The notes beneath the pieces are model-generated. The model had not been told where the DNA came from and ran no database searches. It saw only the letters and a list, made by a program, of their open reading frames with translations. A stretch of 64,000 bases of DNA. Source: Paracoccaceae bacterium. GTDB lineage: Bacteria > Pseudomonadota > Alphaproteobacteria > Rhodobacterales > Rhodobacteraceae. This document shows positions 18,287 to 26,960 of the stretch, one piece after another. The DNA lies in contig SKYA01000028.1 of assembly GCA_007128135.1 (NCBI GenBank), forward strand, positions 1,136-65,135. Reading direction: 5' to 3'. Numbering within the stretch: the stretch's first letter is position 1; every line of letters begins with the position of its first letter. Made by a program: the position numbers and the translations under genes.

Positions 18287-19075
18287 ATGCAGCGTTCTGA
18301 CAATGTCAGGCCGATCATCATCAAGCGCAAGAAGGTTGTGGTCGGCGGCGGGCATCATGGTGGTGCCTGGAAAGTCGCCTATGCCGATTTCGTGACGGCA
18401 ATGATGGCCTTTTTCCTCATGCTCTGGCTGCTCGGGTCGGTTACGGACGACAAGCGCAAGGGGATCGCCGATTACTTCTCCGAGACCTATGCAATCCAGA
18501 GCCACTCCTCGGGGGGTGATGGTGTGATGGGCGGGGTGTCCCTCTCGCTCGAAGACTCGCTGACCGACAAGATTGCCACGCGAGAACGTCATCTGACCGA
18601 GACCTCTGCCCTCGAAGCGCTGGCGGAAGTGTTGCAGGAAATTGCAGCGCAGGATGCGGATCTGGCCGAAGCCTTCAACCAGGCGGTGGTGCGCCTGTCG
18701 GATGAGGGACTTGTTGTCGAATTGTTCGACCTCGAGGATTCGGCACTGTTCGATGGGCAGACCGACCTGCCGCGGCCGGTGCTGCAACTGCTTGTCTCCA
18801 TCGTTGCAGACGTGTTCGCGACGGTTGCGAATCCGGTCGCGATCACGGTGCATTCGCGTAGCTTTCCCTCCGTCATTCTGGACAACCCGGTCTGGCCCCT
18901 GACAGTCACGCGCGCGCAGGCACTGCATGCCATGATGCAGACCGCCGGCCTGCCTGATCACCGATTCCGGCGGGTCACCGGCCACGCGGACCGCGCTCCT
19001 GCCGATCCTCAGCCGATGGCCGCCCGGAACAACCGGGTCGAACTGATCCTGCTGCGCGTTGTCGACCGCCCCTGA
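18287..19075 (+). CDS. motB: Flagellar motor stator protein MotB
   Basis: GGAWKVAYADFVTAMMAFFLMLWLL plug/TM segment typical of MotB. C-terminal OmpA-like VTGHADRAP...NRVELILL. Confidence 0.85.
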   Translation: MQRSDNVRPIIIKRKKVVVGGGHHGGAWKVAYADFVTAMMAFFLMLWLLGSVTDDKRKGIADYFSETYAIQSHSSGGDGVMGGVSLSLEDSLTDKIATRERHLTETSALEALAEVLQEIAAQDADLAEAFNQAVVRLSDEGLVVELFDLEDSALFDGQTDLPRPVLQLLVSIVADVFATVANPVAITVHSRSFPSVILDNPVWPLTVTRAQALHAMMQTAGLPDHRFRRVTGHADRAPADPQPMAARNNRVELILLRVVDRP

Positions 19076-19146
19076 GGAATTATCCCAAATTTAACGGATC
19101 GCGCTCAGGATTGCGTTGAGAGAATCATCAGCGCAGTGGAACGGAC

Positions 19147-20460
19147 ATGAGCATTTCGTCATCAATGAACGCTGGCGTGGCGGGCTTGCAGGCCAACGCC
19201 AATCGCCTTGCGACCATCTCGGACAATATCGCCAATTCGGCTACCTACGGTTATCGCCGTGCGCAGACCAGTTTTCACTCCATGGTGGTCGGATCTGGGG
19301 TAGCCGGACAGTCAAACTACTCCGCGGGGGGCGTTCGGACGACAAGCCTGCGTCTGGTGGATCAGGGGGGGTCGCTGATTGGGACCCAGAATTCCACTGA
19401 TATCGCCCTGTCCGGGCGCGGCTTCCTGCCTGTCACTTCGGAACTGGGCTCGAACCTTACTGACGGCACGGCACCCCTTTTGCTGACAACGACAGGGTCC
19501 TTCCGGCAGGACGCGGAAGGGTATCTGCGCGACCCGTCGGGGCATGCCTTGCTGGGCTGGCCCGCATCGGATGACGGCACGATCCCCGCTTTCCCGCGTG
19601 ACAGCGTCGCCGGGCTGCGCCCGGTCCAGATCGAGGTCAACCAGCAATCCTATTTTGCAACATCGCGTATCTCGCTGGGTGTCAACCTGCCAGCATCGGC
19701 GACACTGCCCAGTTCCGCAGGTGACCCGGCACTGATGTCGGTCGAATTTTTCAATTCTCTGGGGCTTGCCAGCACGATCAGCGTGCAGTTCACCCCCGTG
19801 GTTGCACCGCCGGACCCGACGAATACCTGGGGTATGAGCCTTACCAATGCAGAGACAGGCGTATCGCTCGGAAGTTACACGCTGGTCTTCAACGAGGCCC
19901 CCGGGCAGGCCGGTTCGCTGCAATCGGTGACCAGAACAAGCGCCGAGGGCACTGATTATGACCCTGCGACCGGAGTCATCCCGCTCACAATCGGCGCGCA
20001 GGACATAGAGCTTGCCATCGGCATCCCGGGCCAAGGGGGCGGCATCCGCCAGCGCGGCGCAACATTCTCGCCAGCAGGGGTCGAACAGAACGGTTTCGGG
20101 GCAGGCAACCTGATCGGGTTGATGGTCGATGCCAGCGGCAAACTCGACGCAGTCTATGATCAGGGTTTTCGCCGGACGCTCTACCAGATCCCGATCGTCG
20201 ATGTGCCCAATCCAAACGGTTTGACAGCACTCAACAATCAGGCCTTCCAGATCTCGCGCGACAGTGGTGCTTTCTTCCTGTGGGATGCCGGAACCGGACC
20301 AGTGGGCGAGTTCGTCGGCTTTGCGCTTCAGGAATCGGCCACTGATGTCGCGGCAGAACTGACCAGCCTGATCCAGACCCAGCGCGCCTACTCGTCCAAC
20401 GCGAAGGTGATCCAGACCGTCGACGAGATGTTTCAGGAAACGACCAATATCAAGCGCTGA
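19147..20460 (+). CDS. flgE: Flagellar hook protein FlgE
   Basis: N-terminal SSSMNAGVAGLQANANRLATISDNIANSAT and C-terminal LTSLIQTQRAYSSNAKVIQTVDEM flagellar rod/hook motifs, with a hook-sized central domain. Confidence 0.9.
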   Translation: MSISSSMNAGVAGLQANANRLATISDNIANSATYGYRRAQTSFHSMVVGSGVAGQSNYSAGGVRTTSLRLVDQGGSLIGTQNSTDIALSGRGFLPVTSELGSNLTDGTAPLLLTTTGSFRQDAEGYLRDPSGHALLGWPASDDGTIPAFPRDSVAGLRPVQIEVNQQSYFATSRISLGVNLPASATLPSSAGDPALMSVEFFNSLGLASTISVQFTPVVAPPDPTNTWGMSLTNAETGVSLGSYTLVFNEAPGQAGSLQSVTRTSAEGTDYDPATGVIPLTIGAQDIELAIGIPGQGGGIRQRGATFSPAGVEQNGFGAGNLIGLMVDASGKLDAVYDQGFRRTLYQIPIVDVPNPNGLTALNNQAFQISRDSGAFFLWDAGTGPVGEFVGFALQESATDVAAELTSLIQTQRAYSSNAKVIQTVDEMFQETTNIKR

Positions 20461-20484
20461 CCCTAAAGCTACGCAGGATAGCAC

Positions 20485-21930
20485 ATGTCACTCTCCCTCG
20501 CGTTTTCTTCTGCCCTGAGCGGCCTGCATGTCACTGCACGGTCCACGCAGCTTGTTGCTGACAATATCGCCAATGCACAGACCGACGGATACGGTGTGCG
20601 AACGCTCGATCAATCCGCCCGCGTGATGCTGGGTGCGGGCAGCGGCGTGACGTTGCTCGGCGTCCGCCGCGAAACCGATCAGGGTCTTCTGACCGAACGT
20701 CGCAATGCGGCGTCGCATGTTGCGGGCCAGTCGCTGATCGCGGATTTCTGGATGCAGATGGAACGTGCCCTCGGGCTGCCGGATGAGCAAGGCAGCCTCG
20801 CGCATCAGTTCGGCGGGCTGGAGGACGCCCTGAAATTCGCGGCATCGAACCCTGACTCGGACGCCGCACTTCACCAGATAGCGCATCGGACACGCGATAT
20901 CAGCCAGAGCTTTCGGCATTTGCAGTCCCGTGTGCTCGATCAGCGCGAGGTGGCGGACACTCGGATTGCCAGCGAAGTCGGCGATCTGAACAGCGCGCTC
21001 GATGAGATCGTGAAGCTCAACCGCGAGATTCAGCGACAGAATCTTGTCGGCGGTACGCCGCAAGCGTTGATGGACATCCGCCAGCGTCTGGTCGATCAGG
21101 TGGCTGAAATCCTGCCAGTCACGGTGGTCCAGCGGGAGAATGACCAGATTCTCCTGATGGCACGGGATGGCTCGGTTCTCGCGGACCGGCAGGCCACCCG
21201 TTTCGAGTTCGAGCGGACCACCGCTCTGGCACCTTCTGACCTTGTCGAGGATGGTGCGCTGTCGGAGTTGATGGTGAATGGCCGCACTTTCTCGGCACAT
21301 TCGGTCATGCTTTCGGAAGGGCGGCTGGGCGCTGCACTGACCATCCGGGACAGGCTCGGTCCGGACCTCCAGAACCGGATTGACGAACTCGCCGTCAATC
21401 TCGTGCTCCGCTTCATGGGCACTGGCGCAGACCCGAGCCTGCCGTCCGGTGCATTCGGATTGTTCATGCTCGAGGGGCATGCCAGCATGCCTGTTGAGAC
21501 GACAGGTATTGCCGGTCAACTGGACCTGAATGTTCTTGCCGATCCCGATGCCGGAGGCGCGCTCTGGCGGCTCCGCGCTGGGCTTCACGCGCCAGTCCCC
21601 GGCGCCGTCTCGGATAGCGCTCAGATTGTCCGCATGGCGGCAGCGCTCGCCGATCTGGCACCTCTGGGCACATCGGCTGCGGGTGCGCGCTCTCTGCATG
21701 GACATGCGGTGACTCTGGTCTCGCGCGCCGGTGCGGAACGGCTGAGCGCCGAGATGGGGCAGGGCAACGCACAAGCGCGACTCTCGGCCCTTGAAGAGGC
21801 CTTTGCTGCGCGCGGGGTCGATACCGATGCCGAGTTGAGCAAGCTGATGCTGCTGGAAAAGGCCTATGCTGCGAACGCGCGGGTGCTGGCAACGCTTGAT
21901 GCCATGTTGCGCACTGTCATGGAGATTTAG
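20485..21930 (+). CDS. flgK: Flagellar hook-associated protein 1 FlgK
   Basis: ALSGLHVTARSTQLVADNIANAQTDGY at the N-terminus and LEKAYAANARVLATLDAM at the C-terminus. Position directly after flgE. Confidence 0.85.
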   Translation: MSLSLAFSSALSGLHVTARSTQLVADNIANAQTDGYGVRTLDQSARVMLGAGSGVTLLGVRRETDQGLLTERRNAASHVAGQSLIADFWMQMERALGLPDEQGSLAHQFGGLEDALKFAASNPDSDAALHQIAHRTRDISQSFRHLQSRVLDQREVADTRIASEVGDLNSALDEIVKLNREIQRQNLVGGTPQALMDIRQRLVDQVAEILPVTVVQRENDQILLMARDGSVLADRQATRFEFERTTALAPSDLVEDGALSELMVNGRTFSAHSVMLSEGRLGAALTIRDRLGPDLQNRIDELAVNLVLRFMGTGADPSLPSGAFGLFMLEGHASMPVETTGIAGQLDLNVLADPDAGGALWRLRAGLHAPVPGAVSDSAQIVRMAAALADLAPLGTSAAGARSLHGHAVTLVSRAGAERLSAEMGQGNAQARLSALEEAFAARGVDTDAELSKLMLLEKAYAANARVLATLDAMLRTVMEI

Positions 21931-21933
21931 GCG

Positions 21934-22941
21934 ATGATCGATACCCGTTTTGGCGATATGGCCCGATTTACTTCGCTGCGCCGCGATTCCGGCAGGCTGA
22001 ACCGTCAGATCTCGGTGCTGGCCGGCGAACTCGCCTCGGGTGTCGTGGCGGACAAGGCGCGGCATCTGCGCGGTGATCTTACCCGGCTGGCCAGTGTCAG
22101 CAGGGCCATGGAGCGTGCGCTTGTCCACAGACATACGGCCGAAGCGGCTGGTCTTGTCATCGGCGCGCAGCAAGGTGTTATCGACGACATCAGGAATATG
22201 GCGCAGGCGCGCCTTGGCGATCTGACAATTCTCGATCAGTCGCGCTCAGCCGGAGCCGTGCCAGCTGTCATTGATACCATGGCACAGGGTTTCAGCGATC
22301 TTGTGAACCGATTGAATACGTCGCTCGCCGGGCGCACTCTGCTGGCAGGTGCCACCAGCGATGGGCCAGCGGTTGTTTCTGCCGACACCCTGCTTGACGC
22401 GCTGCTCGCCGGTCTGCCACCAGACACCGACGCGGCAGACCTCGCTACGCATGTTGCTCAATGGTTCGCCGATGGCGGCGGCTTTGACAGTGCGGGCTAT
22501 GTCGGCGGACCGCCTGCCAAGGCAGGTCTCGCGCTTGGACAGGGCATGACGACCAGCGCTGCGCCCACAGCACGGGACGCGGCATTCCGGACAACGCTTG
22601 CGGCCTTTGCTACAGGTGCCCTCTTGTCGCGCGGTCTCTACGCCACCGATCCGGAGTCTCAGCGTGTGGTCCTCTGGGATGCTGCACAGGCTCTCGGCCG
22701 GGCCAATGCGGCATTGACGGGCCTTGCCGCGCGCATTGGTGTCGAGGAAGCGAAGCTGGCAGAAGCGACCAGTCGCGCCGTTGCCGAACACACCGCGATG
22801 ACCTTGGCCAGAAACGCCCTTATCGAGGCTGACCCCTATGAGACAGCAACCCGGCTGGAGCAGGCGATGGGGCAGTTGGACATGGTCTATACCCTGACTG
22901 CCAGATTGTCGCGTCTGTCACTTGTGGAATACCTCAGATGA
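21934..22941 (+). CDS. flgL: Flagellar hook-associated protein 3 FlgL (flagellin-like)
   Basis: Position between flgK and flgI, ~335 aa, helical flagellin-like termini (C-terminal YTLTARLSRLSLVEYL). Confidence 0.7.
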   Translation: MIDTRFGDMARFTSLRRDSGRLNRQISVLAGELASGVVADKARHLRGDLTRLASVSRAMERALVHRHTAEAAGLVIGAQQGVIDDIRNMAQARLGDLTILDQSRSAGAVPAVIDTMAQGFSDLVNRLNTSLAGRTLLAGATSDGPAVVSADTLLDALLAGLPPDTDAADLATHVAQWFADGGGFDSAGYVGGPPAKAGLALGQGMTTSAAPTARDAAFRTTLAAFATGALLSRGLYATDPESQRVVLWDAAQALGRANAALTGLAARIGVEEAKLAEATSRAVAEHTAMTLARNALIEADPYETATRLEQAMGQLDMVYTLTARLSRLSLVEYLR

Positions 22942-24047
22942 GCGGACCTGGTCGTGCTCTGGTACTGTCCTGCATGCTGATGTGCATTGCCAGCCTCGGG
23001 CATGCCACTGTCAGGCTAAAGGATTTGGTAGAGTTCGATGGCGTGCGCGGCAATGACCTCCTGGGCTATGGCCTGGTCGTCGGTCTTGACGGCACAGGTG
23101 ACGGCATTCGCAATTCTCCCTTTACCGAAGATATCCTGTCCAACATCCTGGAGCGGCTCGGGGTCAATGTAACAGGCGAACAGTTTCGCCCCCGCAATGT
23201 CGCTGCAGTGATCGTCACTGCGACCCTGCCTCCCTTCGCGCGCGCGGGGGGGCGGACCGACGTTACGGTTTCGGCCATCGGGGATGCATCCAGTCTGCTC
23301 GGCGGCACCCTCGTGATGACGCCGCTGAATGGCGCGGATGGTGCAATCTACGCGGTTGCGCAGGGCACGGTCATCGCTGGTGGTGCATCGGTCGAAGGGC
23401 AGGGTGTGCGGGAAGTTCGTGGCGTGCCGACTTCCGGTTCGATCCCGCTTGGCGCACGTGTCGAGCGAGAGGTGGATTTCGATCTCTCCAGCCTGACCCG
23501 TATCCGGCTGGCGCTGCGGGTGCCTGATTTCTCAACCGCCGCGCAGATCGAGACCGAAATCAACCGCAGTTTCGAGCGGCGTGTTGCCATGATGACCGAT
23601 CCGGGTACGGTGCTTCTGGATCTGGCTGCCACGGGCATGTCCTCGGTCGCCCATGCGCTGGCGCGGATCGAGAACATCCGTGTGACACCACAGACAAAGG
23701 CGCGTGTCGTGGTCGACCAGCGGTCCGGCACGATCGTGCTGGGTGAGGATGTGCGCATCAGCCGTGTTGCAGTTGCGCAGGGTGGGCTTACCCTGCGGGT
23801 TGAGGAGACACCGATTGTCGTTCAGCCCAATCCCTTTGCCGAAGGCGAAACCGTGATTGTGCCGCGCACCAATGTCGGCATCGAGGACGGCAATAAGGTC
23901 GGGCTGGCCGAATTGCGCGCGGGGACGTCGCTGTCGGAAATCGTGGCGGGCATGAATGCGCTGGGTGTGGCCCCGCGTGACATGATCGACATTCTCAACA
24001 GCATCAATGCAGCCGGGGCGCTGCATGCGGAACTGATTGTCAGGTGA
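22938..24047 (+). CDS. flgI: Flagellar P-ring protein FlgI
   Basis: Signal peptide followed by VRLKDLVEFDGVRGNDLLGYGLVVGLDGTGD, a typical FlgI. ATGA overlap with flgL. Confidence 0.92.
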   Translation: MSGPGRALVLSCMLMCIASLGHATVRLKDLVEFDGVRGNDLLGYGLVVGLDGTGDGIRNSPFTEDILSNILERLGVNVTGEQFRPRNVAAVIVTATLPPFARAGGRTDVTVSAIGDASSLLGGTLVMTPLNGADGAIYAVAQGTVIAGGASVEGQGVREVRGVPTSGSIPLGARVEREVDFDLSSLTRIRLALRVPDFSTAAQIETEINRSFERRVAMMTDPGTVLLDLAATGMSSVAHALARIENIRVTPQTKARVVVDQRSGTIVLGEDVRISRVAVAQGGLTLRVEETPIVVQPNPFAEGETVIVPRTNVGIEDGNKVGLAELRAGTSLSEIVAGMNALGVAPRDMIDILNSINAAGALHAELIVR

Positions 24048-24213
24048 CAAAGGACACCCTCGTTGCATGCCGTTGTAACGACATGCGTGAGTCTTCAGCA
24101 TTTATGCGCCGGCTATGGTGATGCGCGCGTGGTTCTGACGGATGAGCGACACAAAAAGGGCAGGGTTCCGAAGGCTGATCACCTCGAGAGACGGCAGTTC
24201 TGACCAGCCGCTC

Positions 24214-24278
24214 CCCTATCGATAGGGTCATGACCTTGCGCTGTGCCTGCGGCCTCCCGTTCAATTCAGCGCAAGGTC
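24214..24278. repeat. Perfect 14-bp palindrome (CCCTATCGATAGGG) followed by a 12-bp-stem inverted repeat
   Basis: Palindrome at 24214-24227. GACCTTGCGCTG at 24232-24243 and its exact reverse complement at 24267-24278 are separated by a 23-nt loop and followed by GCTTTTG. The element lies between flgI and the DMGDH-like gene. Confidence 0.35.
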
Positions 24279-24333
24279 GCTTTTGACTCGTCCAGTGTCG
24301 TGCGTGCCAAGTTCCCAAAGGGAGAGATTTGCG

Positions 24334-26859
24334 ATGACGGTGCTGCTGACAGCAGAGGGAGCCGCGCTGATGAAAACCCATGTCAAGGCCGTTGTCGTCG
24401 GGGGCGGCGCAGTGGGCGCCTCGATCGCCTATCATCTGGCAAGGGCCGGGTGGGAGACGAAGCTTCTCGAACGTGACGAGTTGACCTCGGGCTCTACCTG
24501 GCATGCCGCCGGGCTGTTGCCATTGTTCAACATGGGTTACGCAACCAGTCATATCCATGATTACAGTGTTCGGTTCTACAAGACGCTCGAGGCAGAGACC
24601 GGGCTGAACCCCGGCTTTTCCGTTGTTGGCAATTTGCGCATGGCGCAGACACAGGCGCGCATGGATGAGTACAGGCTCTATGCCACCACGGCCGAGACAG
24701 TTGGAATTGAACATGAGTGGATGACCCCTGCACAGATCCGCGACCGCTGGCCGCTGGTGCGCACGGATGACCTTGTGGGCGCGCTTTATCATCCGACGGA
24801 TGGCTACATAAATCCGGCAGATGTGACGCAGGCCATGGCCAAGGGGGCGCGCCAGTTCGGGGCCGAGATCCAGCGCCGGGTGCAGGTCGAGGGGTATCGC
24901 TGGACGGGCAGCGAATGGGTGGTGAGTTGCGTCCGGATGATCGAGAAGGGTGGCAATCTGGTGCCTTCGGACGAACGGTTCGAGATCACGGCCGAGCATG
25001 TGGTTACCGCGACAGGTAACCATGCCCAGCGCACTGCGCGGCTTCTTGGTATCCGGATCCCCGCGATCCCGGTCGAGCACCAGTATATCGTGACCGAGGC
25101 GGACCCGGCACTGGTTGCCTATCGTCAGGCGGGTGGCCCCGAGCACCCTGTCCTGCGCGATGCGGATGCGAAATGGTATGTCCGCGAGGAGCGTGGTGGC
25201 TGGATTCTGGGCCCCTATGAGCGCAACGCCCCCGCGCGCTTCCTCTATGATGTGCCCGAGAGTTTCCGGGCGGATCTTTTCCCGCTCGATCTCGAACGGA
25301 TCGAAGACGAATACATGTCCATGATCCACCGTATCCCGACCTCGGAGACAGTGGGTCTGAAGGACGACTTTAACGGACCGATATGTTACACGCCCGACGG
25401 CAACCCGCTGGTCGGCCCTGCGCCGGGACTGCGCAACATGTGGCTGGCCGAGGGTTTCAGTTTCGGCATCACGGCGGCGGGTGGCACGGGCCATTACCTT
25501 GCGCAGATGATGGTCGGGGGCGAGGCCGAGATCGACATGGCGAGCCTCGACCCGAAGCGCTACGGGTCATGGATGACAACGGAATACGCCGCGCGCAAGA
25601 ACGAGGAGGCTTACGAGCACGTCTATATCCTGCATCACCCGGACGAGGAGCGCGAGGCCTGCCGCCCGCTGCGCACTGCGCCTTGCTATGACCGGGTAAA
25701 GGCGCGCGGTGCCCAGTTCGGCCAGGTGAATGGTTGGGAGCGGCCCAATTACTATGCGCCGCAAGGCTTAGACGACCACGCTGCGCGCAGTTTCCGGCGC
25801 GGGGACTGGTGGCAATACGCGGCAGAGGAGGCCCGGACCATCCGTGAGGGAGTCGGCATGATCGATGCCACGGCCTTTGCCAAGCATCTCGTGCGCGGTC
25901 CCGGTGCCACGGCTTTCCTCGACTGGTTCACCTGCAACAAGCTGCCCTCGGTGGGGCGGATCAACCTGACATATGCGCTGACGGCCCATGGCACCGTGCG
26001 CACCGAATACACCATCGTTCGGCTGGCCGAGCAAGAATATTACCTTATCTCCGCCGGTGCATGGTCGGACTATGATGGCGATTACCTGTGCAAGGCAGCC
26101 GAAGACAAGATGGCTGACTTCGGCTGGATCGACATCCATGACGTGACGACGCAATGGGGCGTGTTCGCGGTGGCGGGGCCAGGATCGCGCGACCTTCTGA
26201 ACCGGCTGGTCAAGGATGCCTCGCCTGAAACCGTGCTTTCCAACAAGCGTTTCCCATGGCTGTCTGCGCGCAATATCGAGCTTGGAATGTGCCCGGTGCG
26301 GGCGGTGCGTGTGGCCTATACCGGTGAACTGGGCTGGGAATTGCACCATCCGATCGAGATGCAGAATTATCTGTTCGACCAGATCATGGCTGCAGGCGAG
26401 GATGTCGGCCTCAGGCTTGTCGGTGCGCGGGCGCAGAACTGGTTGCGGCAGGAAAAGAGCTATCGCGCCTTCGGCAATGAGCTCGGCCGTGATGCGACCC
26501 CGCTCGAGGCTGATCTGCCACGCTTCGTTGACATGACGAAGGAGTTTCACGGCAAGGAGGCGATGGTCGCGGCGGGTGTCCGCTCGAAATGCTGCACCTT
26601 GCTGATTGATGGACCCGACGATGCCGACCCCTGGGGACGCGAGGCGCTCTATGACGGCGCAACCAAGGTTGGGCGACTTACTTCGGGTGGCTATTCGGTG
26701 GCCTTCGGCAAATCCATCGGCATGGGCTATCTGCGCCCCGATCTGGCCGTGGAAGGAACCAGGTTGAAGGTCCGCATGCTGGGGCAGTTATGGGATGCCA
26801 CCGTCACCTGCGACAGCCCGTATGACCCAAGGAACGCGACCATCCGCAAGGATGGCTGA
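24334..26859 (+). CDS. Dimethylglycine/sarcosine dehydrogenase-like FAD oxidoreductase fused to a GcvT (THF-binding) domain
   Basis: VVVGGGAVGASIAYHLA dinucleotide fold, the STWHAAG flavinylation-type motif, and C-terminal aminomethyltransferase-like motifs (YTGELGWELH). ATG at 24334 has the RBS AAGGGAGAG. ATG at 24370 is an alternative start. Confidence 0.85.
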   Translation: MTVLLTAEGAALMKTHVKAVVVGGGAVGASIAYHLARAGWETKLLERDELTSGSTWHAAGLLPLFNMGYATSHIHDYSVRFYKTLEAETGLNPGFSVVGNLRMAQTQARMDEYRLYATTAETVGIEHEWMTPAQIRDRWPLVRTDDLVGALYHPTDGYINPADVTQAMAKGARQFGAEIQRRVQVEGYRWTGSEWVVSCVRMIEKGGNLVPSDERFEITAEHVVTATGNHAQRTARLLGIRIPAIPVEHQYIVTEADPALVAYRQAGGPEHPVLRDADAKWYVREERGGWILGPYERNAPARFLYDVPESFRADLFPLDLERIEDEYMSMIHRIPTSETVGLKDDFNGPICYTPDGNPLVGPAPGLRNMWLAEGFSFGITAAGGTGHYLAQMMVGGEAEIDMASLDPKRYGSWMTTEYAARKNEEAYEHVYILHHPDEEREACRPLRTAPCYDRVKARGAQFGQVNGWERPNYYAPQGLDDHAARSFRRGDWWQYAAEEARTIREGVGMIDATAFAKHLVRGPGATAFLDWFTCNKLPSVGRINLTYALTAHGTVRTEYTIVRLAEQEYYLISAGAWSDYDGDYLCKAAEDKMADFGWIDIHDVTTQWGVFAVAGPGSRDLLNRLVKDASPETVLSNKRFPWLSARNIELGMCPVRAVRVAYTGELGWELHHPIEMQNYLFDQIMAAGEDVGLRLVGARAQNWLRQEKSYRAFGNELGRDATPLEADLPRFVDMTKEFHGKEAMVAAGVRSKCCTLLIDGPDDADPWGREALYDGATKVGRLTSGGYSVAFGKSIGMGYLRPDLAVEGTRLKVRMLGQLWDATVTCDSPYDPRNATIRKDG

Positions 26860-26960
26860 GCACAGGCGGCCCTGGGCATCTCCAGGGTCGCGCTCCTGCT
26901 GCCATTGCAGGCCCTGCCGTTCGGCCCTAGGGTCGGGTTCAAACCAGCCCGAGGTGCCCG

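Noticed and set aside
20488-22173. 561-aa minus-strand ORF opposite flgK/flgL, and the similar 390-aa ORF opposite flgE (19312-20484)
   Set aside because: Both are antisense to flagellar genes with clear conserved termini. They are shadow frames.
24040-25494. 484-aa minus-strand ORF opposite the DMGDH-like gene
   Set aside because: A shadow ORF of a high-GC coding region. It has an Arg-rich composition, no motifs, and overlaps a gene with clear FAD/GcvT motifs.
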